From contig OY760505.1 in the NCBI GenBank assembly GCA_963663545.1, forward strand, positions 2,432,001 through 2,496,000: a stretch of 64,000 nt of DNA, written 5' to 3'. The stretch is from Candidatus Delongbacteria bacterium. Lineage in GTDB: Bacteria > CAIWAD01. How positions within the stretch are numbered: the first letter of the stretch is position 1; every line of letters starts with the position of its first letter. The translations under genes and the position numbers were made by a program. Of the stretch, positions 37,891-48,593 are shown one piece after another. The notes below the pieces were generated by a model. It was not told the DNA's origin and searched no databases. It saw only the letters and a list, made by a program, of their open reading frames with translations.

Positions 37891-38690
37891 TGCGGGTGCC
37901 TCAGTCGCTGACGCAGCTTCCGCTGGAGCGTGCGTCCGCTGTTCGTTGCCTTTTTACGGATATTGATGACACCATCTCTACTGACGGGCGTATCACGGCT
38001 GAGGCCTATGACGCACTCTGGCGGGCTCACAACGCTGGCCTGCTGGTTGTGCCGGTAACTGGCCGGCCTGCTGGTTGGTGCGACCACATTGCGCGCATGT
38101 GGCCTGTGCACGGCGTTATTGGCGAAAACGGCGGCTTGGTGTTTCGCATGGCAGAGGGGCGCATGACACGCCACTTTGTCTATGATGATGTAACACGAGC
38201 GGACTTTCGGCAACGCTTGGTGGCGGTGCGCGAGGAGATTTTGCGTCAGGTGCCCGGTGTTGGTATCGCCAGTGATCAGCAGTATCGAGAGTATGATCTG
38301 GCAATTGATTTCTGCGAGGATGTTCCGGCACTTCCGCGTGAGGAGGTGCTTCTCATTCAGCAGATATTCGAAGCCCATGGCGCCACTGCGAAAATCAGCT
38401 CCATTCACGTCAATGGTTGGTATGGCGAGTTTGACAAGCTGAGTGCGGCCAAAGACTACATGCGCCAATTTCTTGGCTGTGATCCAGAGCAGGATCGTGA
38501 TACATGTGCTTTTGCCGGCGATAGCCCGAATGACGAACCCATGTTCGGCTACTTCACAAATACGTCGTTTGGTGTGGCCAATCTGCAGCGTTTTCTGGAT
38601 CTGCTTGTATCACCGCCTACATTCATTGCACGGGGAGAAGGCGGATCCGGCTTCTGCGAAATTGTGGACGCGTTGTTATCCGCCCGTTAG
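37890..38690 (+). CDS. HAD-IIB family hydrolase
   Basis: TDIDDT, VTGR, ENGG, SSIHVN, GDSPND. Confidence 0.9.
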   Translation: MRVPQSLTQLPLERASAVRCLFTDIDDTISTDGRITAEAYDALWRAHNAGLLVVPVTGRPAGWCDHIARMWPVHGVIGENGGLVFRMAEGRMTRHFVYDDVTRADFRQRLVAVREEILRQVPGVGIASDQQYREYDLAIDFCEDVPALPREEVLLIQQIFEAHGATAKISSIHVNGWYGEFDKLSAAKDYMRQFLGCDPEQDRDTCAFAGDSPNDEPMFGYFTNTSFGVANLQRFLDLLVSPPTFIARGEGGSGFCEIVDALLSAR

Positions 38691-40735
38691 TGCTGTACCA
38701 GGAATTGCACACACTCGTCTGTTCCGCATCCCTTTCGTGACAGCAGATAGATCCCGCTAGCCAGCGAAGACGCGGCGAACTGGAACTCGTGAAAACCGGG
38801 TTCATTGATGAAAACGCTGCGACGCAGAATGCGCCGTCCAAGTAAATCCGTGATACACAACTCAAGATTTCCTGCCAGGGTAACAGCCACTTGTACGTTG
38901 ATTGCAGCGTCTGCAGGGTTGGGAAAACAATGCAGTGAAGTGGAATCAATGGCCTCCACAGTAGAGAGTTCAAGTTGGCTGACGCCACCCTGTGCGTCGG
39001 CAATCAGGATGTCTCCCTGCTGAGTGGCGCATGCAAGAAGCGGCGATCGCGGGAGCCTCACCCATAGCGGCGTAGTGTCACTTGTTCCGGAGGGATACCA
39101 GCAGGCACGATGAGGGTTCTGTTGTGCGAGCACAACTCCGGAAGAAATGCAGCCCGCTGACCAGCGTGCATTGCTGGCCGACCACGAAGCCAACTCGGAA
39201 AACTCCACATCGGAGTCGTGATGCAAAAGGCGCGCTTCAGTCGGTGTCACAAGCAGTAGACTGTCGCCATGTACGACCAATTGCAGGATGCTATCTGCCG
39301 CCACGGTGATCGGATGACAGACAGGATGTAGCACGTCGCGGGCATCGACTACGCTGAGCATTGCGTCCGGACTGCCGATCAGCAACAGACTGTCCTGCCA
39401 GCAGACGGCGGACGGCGTGTGCCCAGTGGGTAAGTGACCAAAATGAAGAAGATCCCAGGGGCTACGCTGAATGCCCTTGATGGCCACATAGCCTGTAGGG
39501 GTTACGTAACCGATCAATCCGCCAGGGCCAAGTGATACAAGGGCCAGCTCGTCATTGAAATGCAGGCCGCGCAGAATCAGCGAATCCCCGTCCAGCTCGT
39601 AGTAGCGCAAACCATTGCCTTCGCTGCAGGTGGCCAGCACTCCGTTACGTAAATCACCGCCGCGCACGGGAGTGGGCTGCGGGGCACGAAGCGTTTCCGA
39701 CCATTCTGCATCGGGTAAAAGCACGCGCCATCCCAGCGACTGATCCAGCAACCAGCATGCGTCATGGTCGCCAAATGGTGCCGACAGTATTGCAAGGGGC
39801 ACTGCGGGCGCCGCCAGTTGCCCAAGCGTCTGCAGTTCGACTCCTCCACCCGCATTCATCGAAGCGCGCATCAGCCTACAGTGACCGTTTCCTGAAGCCA
39901 GTAGAGTGTCGCCGTTGATAGCAAACTGAGTGGCTCCCAAACTTTCGGAACGGCGTAACACGCGGGGAGGAGAGGTCTCGGTGTCCAAACAGCACAAGGA
40001 TCCCGAAGCGTCAACGGACCAGATCAACCCGTCGCGCCAATGCTTGGCTTGAAGAAGTGGAGAGCCTAAACTGTCCTGGCACCAGGTCGGATGGGGGTCA
40101 TGGTAGTAGAGTCGCCAGAAGGTGCCGGTGGAATCACTTGCCAGCAATTGGTCACCCGTGTCACAGAGTAGGTGTTGCGGGACCTGTTCCTTGCCGAATG
40201 ATAGAAGAGTAGCTCCGGTGATGTGATACAGTGAGTCGCCGTCGGTTGTCCAAACTTGGTTTTCGCCAACACAGAGCCCGTCGAGATTTTCATGTGATAC
40301 AAGAATATGGCTGCTGGTTGTGATACAATGCAAGCCCTTCTTGTCCACAACCCAGGCTGTATCAGATCTGGCTTGTATTGCGGATGCACCTTCCAGCTGG
40401 AGTTCCAGCGGAAGATACGCAGAGACACTGGTGTTGTAATACGCGCAATCCAGCTCCTGCAGCAGCCAACTCTGCTGAGCATTTCCAGCCAGACCGACGA
40501 TGGAGCCGAGATGGAAGGAGGATGCCCGTCGAGGACGTGTTGGTGTTGACAGATCGAAAAAATCCACTCGAGCTGAATCCGATAGAAAGGCAGCTGCGCT
40601 GCCCAGGGAACCCATGTACGGGTTCAAGGGCAGTGTCCCGTCGCTAAGGCGGAAACGGTTGGGCGTTGCAAGCAAAGTGGCGCTGCTAGAGAGCAGCGCC
40701 ACCAGTAGAAGACTTAGGGTAGCTGGACGGATCAT
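38687..40735 (-). CDS. Secreted beta-propeller-like protein with degenerate T9SS type-A CTD
   Basis: Signal peptide; CFPNPA...DLLGRR...LASGIYLL. Confidence 0.75.
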   Translation of the reverse strand: MIRPATLSLLLVALLSSSATLLATPNRFRLSDGTLPLNPYMGSLGSAAAFLSDSARVDFFDLSTPTRPRRASSFHLGSIVGLAGNAQQSWLLQELDCAYYNTSVSAYLPLELQLEGASAIQARSDTAWVVDKKGLHCITTSSHILVSHENLDGLCVGENQVWTTDGDSLYHITGATLLSFGKEQVPQHLLCDTGDQLLASDSTGTFWRLYYHDPHPTWCQDSLGSPLLQAKHWRDGLIWSVDASGSLCCLDTETSPPRVLRRSESLGATQFAINGDTLLASGNGHCRLMRASMNAGGGVELQTLGQLAAPAVPLAILSAPFGDHDACWLLDQSLGWRVLLPDAEWSETLRAPQPTPVRGGDLRNGVLATCSEGNGLRYYELDGDSLILRGLHFNDELALVSLGPGGLIGYVTPTGYVAIKGIQRSPWDLLHFGHLPTGHTPSAVCWQDSLLLIGSPDAMLSVVDARDVLHPVCHPITVAADSILQLVVHGDSLLLVTPTEARLLHHDSDVEFSELASWSASNARWSAGCISSGVVLAQQNPHRACWYPSGTSDTTPLWVRLPRSPLLACATQQGDILIADAQGGVSQLELSTVEAIDSTSLHCFPNPADAAINVQVAVTLAGNLELCITDLLGRRILRRSVFINEPGFHEFQFAASSLASGIYLLSRKGCGTDECVQFLVQH

Positions 40736-43700
40736 CGTACGAGCATCAGCTTGGCAACATCTGTGCTGCGCAGCTTGCCAAGATGATCCGTGATACTCAG
40801 CCTGGCCAAGTAAAGGCCGCTGGCCAGCGCATCCGGTTGCCAGTTGACGTGGCCTGCACCAGAGGCAACAAGGCCAACAGTCTGCTGATCAACAAGCTGA
40901 CCACGCAGGTTAAACACATCCAGCTTCAGAGTTCCGGCAATCGGAGCTGTGAATGCAAGGATCGTGGATGGATTGAAGGGGTTCGGATAGACACTGGAGA
41001 TCCTGAAGTCTTGTGTCACAGGAATTGGATCCCCGAAGGGAAGATCCGTCTCCCCGCGTGCCCAAGCCAATAGTGTCATTAGCACGTCGCCGAGGTCGTC
41101 GCTGGTTCCTGCACCGGAGATGCCCTCCAGACCGAAGCCCAGCAGTAGTGCGTTGGCGTCTTCGCCAAAACAACCGTCACACACACCGGCCACTCCGCTG
41201 CCATCGGGGCTGAAGTAGCGCAGCACCTCAATGGGACAATCGATCATGGACTCGATGCGATCCATGTGTGTCTGGTTTCCTGCGCCGCCATTGAAGAGGA
41301 AGTAATACTCATCCTGCGAAAAGGGACCATACTCCAGGCCGACAAGGGCATTGTCAACTTCATCGGTGCCGGTAACCGTAGAACCAAAGGGCCCCATGAT
41401 CCAGCCGGTGTCCTGGGCCGAGGGCAAGTCCTGGCCTGTCAGTACGATATGGCCGTCTGACTCGCGGTAGTCGTCCACCATGTTGCGTTCAGATTCACTC
41501 AGCGCGCGCCCCTGGTCGCCCTGGAACCAGACAACAAGGGTTGACGCGGCCAGCAAGTCGGCGGTAACGGCTTCGGGTTGTATCACCGTGTAATACGCAA
41601 GATCATCCAAGGCTTCGGTGTAGTAGGTCTCGTATGTATCACCGCCATCGTCGTCCACAAGCAGAATCTCCGCCTCGCCGGCTGCCAGATTGAAACTGGT
41701 GTTCATCTCACCGCCGTTCCAACTGAAGTTGAGGGGAAAGTTCAGCAGGCCGTTGACAGAAGAACCAGTGTTCAAATGGAAGAGCAGGGTCAACTCCGCC
41801 AAGAAATCTGTGTCACCAAGCACCTGCGGATTGTCGTCGATAGTTATGTCATCGGTTGGCGACTGCAACGTTGCAACAAGATTCTCTGCCATTGCGCCGC
41901 AGTTCTGCAGGTCAATTTTGATCACCGACGCACCCACTGGAATCACAGGAATCGGATTCAGTGAGGAATCCAACAGCGTGATACTCGTAATACACAGCTC
42001 CGGATCACTCATGATTTCAACTTCGCTGGCGCCCAGAATCCAATCCTCGGGATCGATCTCAAGGCTCGTGATCGACTCATTGAAGGTTGCCGTGTAAGGC
42101 GTGTCCTCCTCGCTGCACCAGATCACCCGGTTTTCGACTTGTCCGCTGCTCTTTGTAATACGCACATCCACCGGCATAGTAAAGAGTTGATGACCAATAT
42201 CCACCTGGTCCTGGTGTATCACGAGCTGCAGAGTAACACCGCCACCTGGGATGTCCTGCTGGTTCCAGTAGGCGTGATACTCCGGGTAGAATTCGCCGTA
42301 GATCCACTCTTCAAAGAACCAGTCGAGCGGGTCGCCGTAATACTCTTCCATGTGGTCCTGGAACTCGGCAGTGGTCGCTGTGCGATGCGACTCTAGCTCG
42401 TTAGGACCAAGCCAGGCCTGAATGCCGAGAAAGAAGTCGTTGTCGCCCATGACATGGCGCAGCATGTGATTCACCCAGCCGCCCTTGCTGTAACTCAGGT
42501 TGCCGTCGAAGATGTTCTCGGTTTCGGGATGCTCGACATAAATCGTGCCGCCGCCCAGGAATTCCTCGCCGTCCATGTGCTGGTGCAGCGCGCTTTCGCC
42601 CAACACCTGCTCGTAATACAGGGCTTCGCTGTAAGTGGCCCAGCCTTCGTTCAGCCAGATATCGTGGAAGGTGTTGCACGTAACCTTGTCGCCCCACCAC
42701 TGGTGAGACAGTTCGTGAACAATGACGGTCTCGGTGTAGAAGCCCATCGAGGAGCAGGTTTGGTGCTCCATCGCTCCGCCCCAGGTGTATTGGGCGTGTC
42801 CGTATTTCTCGTCCTGGAAAGGATAAGTGCCGTAGAGGCTGGAAAGCACTGTCAGCGCCTCTCGCCCGCGATCCATTGCCCATTCCTGATTGTCGGTGGT
42901 CAAGCCCCAGGACCAGTCGTGCATTGGTGTCTCGATGAAGTTGTGAGACCAGGTAGTCTCCATGTGATTGTACTTCGTGACACAAATGGAAACTAGATAA
43001 GTCACTATTGGCCAGCGCTCAAACCACTCGACCGTGCGCGTGTCATCACCATTGTCCTGATCCAGACGCAGTGTACCGTTACTAACGACAGTGTTGAAGT
43101 CATCGGTTGTAACACGCACCAGCACCGAATCGGCCTTGTCGCGCGTGTCATCCTTGCACGGCCACCAGCAGCGTGCGTCGTAGGGCTCCGCCTGCGTGGT
43201 GATGACGTGAATGGTCTCGCCGGTCTGGGCGTTCTGCTGGTAAGTGCTCAACACGCCGCAATTGTTGTACGTAGCCTGGTAGTGGATCTGAAAGGAAAAC
43301 TCATCACCCACGTTCGCGGCAGCAGGCAGATCGACCGTCAGCCAATCGCCGTTGCGATCGAAATCCAGCTCTGTCTCACCTAGAAAGATGTCGTAGAGGG
43401 TCAGGTTGTCTGAGGCGTGTAACACGATCTCTTCGAGCCCGTCCAGTAGCACGCTGAAGTTCATTGTTACTGTGCCCGAGAGCGATCCCCCGCCGGCATA
43501 GGCTTCAAGATCCAGCTCGTAGTAGCTGACGTCGTAATCCACAAAGGGATCATCGCCCTCGTCCGTGTGATCCAGCAGCTTACGTGCCGCGCGCTCTTTC
43601 GCCTGAATCTCGCTATCGCGCCAGGTGTGGCGTAGCTCAGCGGGGGCTAACCAGTGTTCGTGCATACCCGCTGGCAACAGGTTCTGGTCAGTGTCTACGG

Positions 43701-43755
43701 CCTGCGCTGCAGGTGCCAGGTTCAGGCTCAGCAGCAGAGTGAGCAGGTGTAGCAT
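40732..43755 (-). CDS. M1-family zinc aminopeptidase with T9SS type-A CTD
   Basis: GGAMEH, HELSHQWWG...WLNEG, YSKG; VYPNPFNP CTD; start MLHLL. Confidence 0.92.
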   Translation of the reverse strand: MLHLLTLLLSLNLAPAAQAVDTDQNLLPAGMHEHWLAPAELRHTWRDSEIQAKERAARKLLDHTDEGDDPFVDYDVSYYELDLEAYAGGGSLSGTVTMNFSVLLDGLEEIVLHASDNLTLYDIFLGETELDFDRNGDWLTVDLPAAANVGDEFSFQIHYQATYNNCGVLSTYQQNAQTGETIHVITTQAEPYDARCWWPCKDDTRDKADSVLVRVTTDDFNTVVSNGTLRLDQDNGDDTRTVEWFERWPIVTYLVSICVTKYNHMETTWSHNFIETPMHDWSWGLTTDNQEWAMDRGREALTVLSSLYGTYPFQDEKYGHAQYTWGGAMEHQTCSSMGFYTETVIVHELSHQWWGDKVTCNTFHDIWLNEGWATYSEALYYEQVLGESALHQHMDGEEFLGGGTIYVEHPETENIFDGNLSYSKGGWVNHMLRHVMGDNDFFLGIQAWLGPNELESHRTATTAEFQDHMEEYYGDPLDWFFEEWIYGEFYPEYHAYWNQQDIPGGGVTLQLVIHQDQVDIGHQLFTMPVDVRITKSSGQVENRVIWCSEEDTPYTATFNESITSLEIDPEDWILGASEVEIMSDPELCITSITLLDSSLNPIPVIPVGASVIKIDLQNCGAMAENLVATLQSPTDDITIDDNPQVLGDTDFLAELTLLFHLNTGSSVNGLLNFPLNFSWNGGEMNTSFNLAAGEAEILLVDDDGGDTYETYYTEALDDLAYYTVIQPEAVTADLLAASTLVVWFQGDQGRALSESERNMVDDYRESDGHIVLTGQDLPSAQDTGWIMGPFGSTVTGTDEVDNALVGLEYGPFSQDEYYFLFNGGAGNQTHMDRIESMIDCPIEVLRYFSPDGSGVAGVCDGCFGEDANALLLGFGLEGISGAGTSDDLGDVLMTLLAWARGETDLPFGDPIPVTQDFRISSVYPNPFNPSTILAFTAPIAGTLKLDVFNLRGQLVDQQTVGLVASGAGHVNWQPDALASGLYLARLSITDHLGKLRSTDVAKLMLVR

Positions 43756-43983
43756 GGTATACCTCTGGTTTGGTGTTCGTTTGCTTAGGCCAAAGATAAC
43801 AGATCGCGAGGGTGGCAAACAGGATCAATGCGGCCGCGTGCTCGAAAGACATTCGCGGTGACACAGTTCGCACCTCTACTTCTGGCCGGTTTCCGTTGGG
43901 GGCACAAGGCCAAGACGGTAGCGCCGACGCGTACCTGCACTGCTGTGGATTGCTACATTGCCAGCGAGTAATCGGAGGCTTTC

Positions 43984-44973
43984 ATGATCATCATCACTGG
44001 TGGCGCGGGCCTGATTGGTAGCGCACTTGTCTGGCAGCTAAACCGCGAAGGCGTGGACGACATTCTAATCGTCGACCGCCTGGGTGCAACGGAGAAGTGG
44101 CGCAACCTGGCTCCGCTGGCCTATCGCGACTACATGCACAAGCAGGCTTTTCATCAGCAGGTGCTGGAACGCGGGTTGCCCGAGGGCACTGAAGCCGTGT
44201 TTCACATGGGTGCCTGCAGCTCCACCACCGAGCGTGATGCAGATTATCTGCTTGAAAACAACAGCCACTACAGCTGCGATCTGGCGCTGGCAGCGGCCGA
44301 GGCCGGAGTGCGCTTCATTTATGCCTCCAGCGCGGCCACTTATGGCGACGGTGAAGAGGGCTACGCCGATGGGCTGCAAGATCTTGACCGCCTGCGTCCC
44401 ATGTCGATCTACGGCTATTCCAAGCACTTCTTCGACATGTGGATGAAGCGCCACGAATTGTACAAGGACGCCGTTGGTTTCAAGTTCTTTAACGTCTTCG
44501 GCGTCAACGAGTATCACAAGGGCGAGATGCGCTCCATGGTGCTCAAGGCCTGGGAGCAGATCAACGAGAAAGGTCGCGTCAAGCTCTTTGCCAACCATCG
44601 TCCGGGGTTCAGCGACGGTGACGAGCAGCGCGACTTTGTCTATGTGAAGGACGTGGCACTGACCAGCGTGCGCGCCCTTGATCGCAAGGTGCCCGGTGGC
44701 TTATACAACCTGGGTACGGGCAAACCGCGCAGTTTCCGTGATCTGGTGGTTGCGGTGTTTACAGCCATGGGGCGGCGCGCCGAGATCGATTGGGTAGCCA
44801 TGCCGCACGCGCTCCGCAATCAGTACCAGTACTACACCTGCGCCGACATGGAGCAGACGCGGCAGGCGGGGCTCCCTGTTCCCGCCACCAGCCTTGAAGA
44901 TGCGGTTCACGATTACGTAACCAACTACCTGTTGCAGGGCATGCGTCATCTAGGCTGGGATTCGCAGAAATAA
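43984..44973 (+). CDS. hldD: ADP-L-glycero-D-manno-heptose 6-epimerase
   Basis: IIITGGAGLIGS, HMGACSSTTE, YASSAATYG, YGYSK, RDFVYVKD. Confidence 0.95.
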   Translation: MIIITGGAGLIGSALVWQLNREGVDDILIVDRLGATEKWRNLAPLAYRDYMHKQAFHQQVLERGLPEGTEAVFHMGACSSTTERDADYLLENNSHYSCDLALAAAEAGVRFIYASSAATYGDGEEGYADGLQDLDRLRPMSIYGYSKHFFDMWMKRHELYKDAVGFKFFNVFGVNEYHKGEMRSMVLKAWEQINEKGRVKLFANHRPGFSDGDEQRDFVYVKDVALTSVRALDRKVPGGLYNLGTGKPRSFRDLVVAVFTAMGRRAEIDWVAMPHALRNQYQYYTCADMEQTRQAGLPVPATSLEDAVHDYVTNYLLQGMRHLGWDSQK

Positions 44974-45140
44974 CTACGATTTGAATCGCTGCGCGGGTCA
45001 GGCTCTTTGCGCTCTGACCCGCTCTTTGTTTCATTGGCTGCCTGTCCCTGATGGGGCCCACCGCTGAGCCTCAAAAGGAACGTGTTCAATCGATTTTCAA
45101 AATAAGGCGCCCCTGCGCGTCGAAGAGTTGCGGAGGAATC

Positions 45141-46220
45141 ATGACCCAGAAGAAGCTGTTCATCCCCGGTCCGGTGGATGTGCGTCCCGAGGCTCTGCAG
45201 GCAATGGCCACGCCGATGATCGGCCATCGCTCCAAGGACGCCAGCGCCCTGCAGCGCTCCATTTCCGAGAAGCTGCAGAAGGTCTTCCAGACAAAGCAGC
45301 AGATCCTTCTTTCTACGACCTCGGGCAGCGGCCTGATGGAAGGTTCGATTCGTTCCTTCACTGGTCGCAAAGTGGCCGTGTTCTCCGTTGGCGCGTTTGG
45401 CAAGCGCTGGTACGAGATGGCCGTTACCAACGGCGTCAATGCCGAGCTCTTCGAAGTGCCCCAGGGACTGCCCACCCTGCCTTCTAAGGTAGACGAGGTG
45501 TTGGCCACCGGCCAGTTCGACACCTTCACCATTACCCACAACGAGACTTCTTCCGGCGTGATGAACCCGGTGGAGGAGATCGCCGCGATTCGTAATACAA
45601 AGTATGCCGACGTGATCTGGCTGATGGATACCGTGTCTTCCATGGGTGGCACAAGCATCAAGGTGGACGAGCTGGGTGTTGATTGCTGTATCACGTCGAC
45701 TCAGAAGAGCCTGGGGCTGCCTCCCGGAATGGCCATTTGTTCCGTCAGCGAGCGCGCTATCGAGCGTGGTCGTGGCGTCAAGAACCGCGGCTTCTATCTG
45801 GACATGGTTCAGCTCTACGACTTCATCTTCAAGAAAGACTTCCAGTATCCCAGCACTCCCAGCCTGAGTCACATGTTCGCGCTGGATCAGCAGCTGAGCT
45901 ATATCCTCGACGTCGAGGGCCTGGAGAATCGTTGGGAGCGCCATCGCCAGGGCATGGAAATCGTGCGGGAGTGGGGTCGCAAGCATTGGGAATTGCTGGT
46001 TGAGGATCGCTACGCCAGCCGCACCGTGACCGTTATTCGTAACACGCGGGAAATCAGCATTGCCGACCTGAACAAGGAACTGGGCGCGCGCGGCTACCAG
46101 ATCGCCAACGGTTACGGCGAGCTGAAGGACAAGACCTTCCGCATCGCGCACATGGCCGATCGCAAGCTGGACGACATTCGTGCACTGCTGGGCGAGATCG
46201 AGGACATCCTGGGACTGTAG
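45141..46220 (+). CDS. Class V PLP aminotransferase (serine-pyruvate/phosphoserine type)
   Basis: IPGPV, HNETSSG, DTVSS, STQKSLGLPPG, FRIAHM. Confidence 0.9.
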   Translation: MTQKKLFIPGPVDVRPEALQAMATPMIGHRSKDASALQRSISEKLQKVFQTKQQILLSTTSGSGLMEGSIRSFTGRKVAVFSVGAFGKRWYEMAVTNGVNAELFEVPQGLPTLPSKVDEVLATGQFDTFTITHNETSSGVMNPVEEIAAIRNTKYADVIWLMDTVSSMGGTSIKVDELGVDCCITSTQKSLGLPPGMAICSVSERAIERGRGVKNRGFYLDMVQLYDFIFKKDFQYPSTPSLSHMFALDQQLSYILDVEGLENRWERHRQGMEIVREWGRKHWELLVEDRYASRTVTVIRNTREISIADLNKELGARGYQIANGYGELKDKTFRIAHMADRKLDDIRALLGEIEDILGL

Positions 46221-46247
46221 TCCCGATTGTATCACAAGGAGGATTAC

Positions 46248-47159
46248 ATGACCAAGGTTCTGCTGAACGACGGTCTGTCCAAGGATGCCATTGCCGAGCT
46301 GCAGAAGCTGGGCTTTGATGTGGACGCCAATCATTACGACGGTGACGAGCTCTGCGAAAGGGTCAAGAACGTGGACGCCGTTGTGGTACGCAGCGCGACC
46401 AAGTTCCGTGAGCCCTTTATCAAGGCCGCTCTCGAGACCGGACGCATGAAGCTGATCATTCGCGGCGGTGTGGGCATTGACAATATCGATCACGTTTTCG
46501 CCCGCGAGAACGGCATTGATGTGCGTAACACGCCGGGCGCGTCAAGTGCCAGCGTGGCCGAGTTGGCCATTGCACACATGTTCGCCATCAGCCGTTTCAT
46601 CGGTGTGTCCAACTACACCATGCGCAATGGTGAGTGGAACAAGAGCAGCTACAAGGGCGTCGAGCTGGCCGGTGCTACACTGGGCCTGATCGGCATTGGT
46701 CGCATCGGTCAGGAAACAGCCGGACGCGCCATGGCCCTGGGCATGCGCGTAATCTACACCGATCTGCCGGGCGTCGAGTGGAAGGACAGCGGTGCGACCC
46801 GCGTCGAGATGGATCAGCTGCTGGCCGAGTCCGACTATATCTCGTTGCACATTCCTTTCGACAAGGCCAAGGGCGCCACGCTGGGCGCGGCCGAGTTTGC
46901 CAAGATGAAGAAGGGCGTGCGCCTGGTGAACTGTGCGCGCGGCGGTACTGTTGATGAGAAGGCGCTGCTGGACGCGCTGAACAGCGGTCAGGTCGCGGCT
47001 GCCGGTATCGACGTTTTCGAGAAGGAGCCCACCGAGAATCTCGAGCTGGTGCGCCATCCCAATGTGAGTGTCACACCGCACATCGGTGCGCAGACGGCTC
47101 AGGGCCAGGCCCGCGTCGGTGCTGAAGTGGTGGAGATCCTCAAGGAGTACTTTGCCTGA
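46248..47159 (+). CDS. serA: D-3-phosphoglycerate dehydrogenase-like (short type, no ACT domain)
   Basis: VRSATK, GVGIDNID, GIGRIG, NCARGG, DVFEKEP, TPHIGA. Confidence 0.82.
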   Translation: MTKVLLNDGLSKDAIAELQKLGFDVDANHYDGDELCERVKNVDAVVVRSATKFREPFIKAALETGRMKLIIRGGVGIDNIDHVFARENGIDVRNTPGASSASVAELAIAHMFAISRFIGVSNYTMRNGEWNKSSYKGVELAGATLGLIGIGRIGQETAGRAMALGMRVIYTDLPGVEWKDSGATRVEMDQLLAESDYISLHIPFDKAKGATLGAAEFAKMKKGVRLVNCARGGTVDEKALLDALNSGQVAAAGIDVFEKEPTENLELVRHPNVSVTPHIGAQTAQGQARVGAEVVEILKEYFA

Positions 47160-47186
47160 TTCGTCGGGCAGACGCTTGTATTACAC

Positions 47187-47222
47187 AGCCCTTCCTTCCG
47201 TGATACGGGGGGAAGGGCTTTC
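47187..47222 (+). terminator. Intergenic hairpin (attenuator or stabiliser) with GTGATAC at its apex
   Basis: agcccttccttccg-tgata-cggggggaagggct followed by ttt. Confidence 0.6.
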
Positions 47223-47239
47223 GAAACAAAGGAACAACG

Positions 47240-48490
47240 ATGGCAATATTCCAACCCTTCATGGGATTCCGTCCTCGCATCGATCTGGCCGAGCGCATTG
47301 CGTCCAAGCCCTACGATGTGCTGGACAGCGACGAGGCCCGCGTAGAGGCCGAGGGCAATGACGACAGCTTCCTGCACGTGGTGAAGAGCGAGATCGACCT
47401 GCCGCAGGATCTGGATCACTACGACCTGCAAGTGTACGCCAAGGCGCGCGAGAATCTGGATCGCCTGATCGATCTGGGCAAGCTGGTGCAGGACGATCGC
47501 GACTGCTTCTATTTCTATCAGCAGGAGATGAATGGCCGCACGCAGACGGGCATCGTCGGTTGTGCCGCCGTCAGCGACTATGTCAACGACGTGATCAAGA
47601 AGCACGAGCATACGCGCGCCGACAAGGAGAATGACCGTATTCGCCACGTCGACACCACCAATGCCAACACGGGGCCGGTTTTTCTGACCTACCGTAGCAC
47701 GGAGCGCATTGACCGCATTGTCGAAGAGTGGATCACGGCGCGCAAGCCGGTCTACAATTTCACCGCTGATGGCGTGCGACACACGGTTTGGGTATGTGAC
47801 GACGGCAAGATCAACACCGAGCTGGTGCAGTGCTTTGCCCGCATCAAGTATCTCTATGTCGCCGATGGACACCATCGCAGCGCCAGTGCCGCCAAAGTTG
47901 GGCAAATGCGTCGCGACGCGAATCCGGATCACACGGGCAACGAAGAGTACAACCGCTTCCTGGCCGTCTGCTTCCCCAGCGAGCAGCTGCATATCATGGA
48001 TTACAACCGCGTGATCATGGATCTGGGTGGCCGTGATACAGCGACCTTCCTGGCCGATCTGGAGAAGGCCGGCTTTGTCGTGGAAGAACACGGCGAGCTT
48101 GGCAATCCCTATCACCCGGAGAGCAAGGGCACTTTTGGCTTGTACATCGACAAGCGCTGGTACAAGATGACGGCGAAGCCCGAGATCGTACCCAACGATC
48201 CCGTTGGTGGACTCGATGTGGCCGTGATACAAAAGCAGGTGTTGGCTGGTATGCTCGGAATCGAGGATCCGCGCACCGATAAGCGCATCGACTTTGTCGG
48301 CGGCATTCGCGGTCTCGGCGAGCTGGAGCGTCGCGTCGAGAAGGGTACGGGCGTGTGTGCCATCAGTATGTTCCCGACTTCTATCGACGATCTGATGTCG
48401 GTGGCCGATGCGGGCAAAGTGATGCCGCCCAAGTCCACCTGGTTCGAGCCCAAGTTGCGCAGCGGTCTGGTGATTCATCGTCTGAGCTAG
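47240..48490 (+). CDS. DUF1015 family protein
   Basis: PYDV, KKHEHTR, YVADGHHR, MPPKSTWFEPKLRSGL. Confidence 0.92.
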   Translation: MAIFQPFMGFRPRIDLAERIASKPYDVLDSDEARVEAEGNDDSFLHVVKSEIDLPQDLDHYDLQVYAKARENLDRLIDLGKLVQDDRDCFYFYQQEMNGRTQTGIVGCAAVSDYVNDVIKKHEHTRADKENDRIRHVDTTNANTGPVFLTYRSTERIDRIVEEWITARKPVYNFTADGVRHTVWVCDDGKINTELVQCFARIKYLYVADGHHRSASAAKVGQMRRDANPDHTGNEEYNRFLAVCFPSEQLHIMDYNRVIMDLGGRDTATFLADLEKAGFVVEEHGELGNPYHPESKGTFGLYIDKRWYKMTAKPEIVPNDPVGGLDVAVIQKQVLAGMLGIEDPRTDKRIDFVGGIRGLGELERRVEKGTGVCAISMFPTSIDDLMSVADAGKVMPPKSTWFEPKLRSGLVIHRLS

Positions 48491-48511
48491 CCGCGTTGCA
48501 TTTGTAGAAAC

Positions 48512-48550
48512 AACCCCGTTATTCAAGAGTGGATGACGGGGTTTTCTCTT
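48512..48550 (+). terminator. Rho-independent terminator
   Basis: aaccccgttattca/tggatgacggggtt followed by ttctctt. Confidence 0.7.
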
Positions 48551-48593
48551 GTCGGGCAAAGCTGACTTCGGCAGATTATGGCGGGAGGTGAAT

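Noticed and set aside
44946..48559. Long antisense ORFs (515 aa and 486 aa)
   Set aside because: Shadows of strongly codon-biased sense genes; no protein motifs
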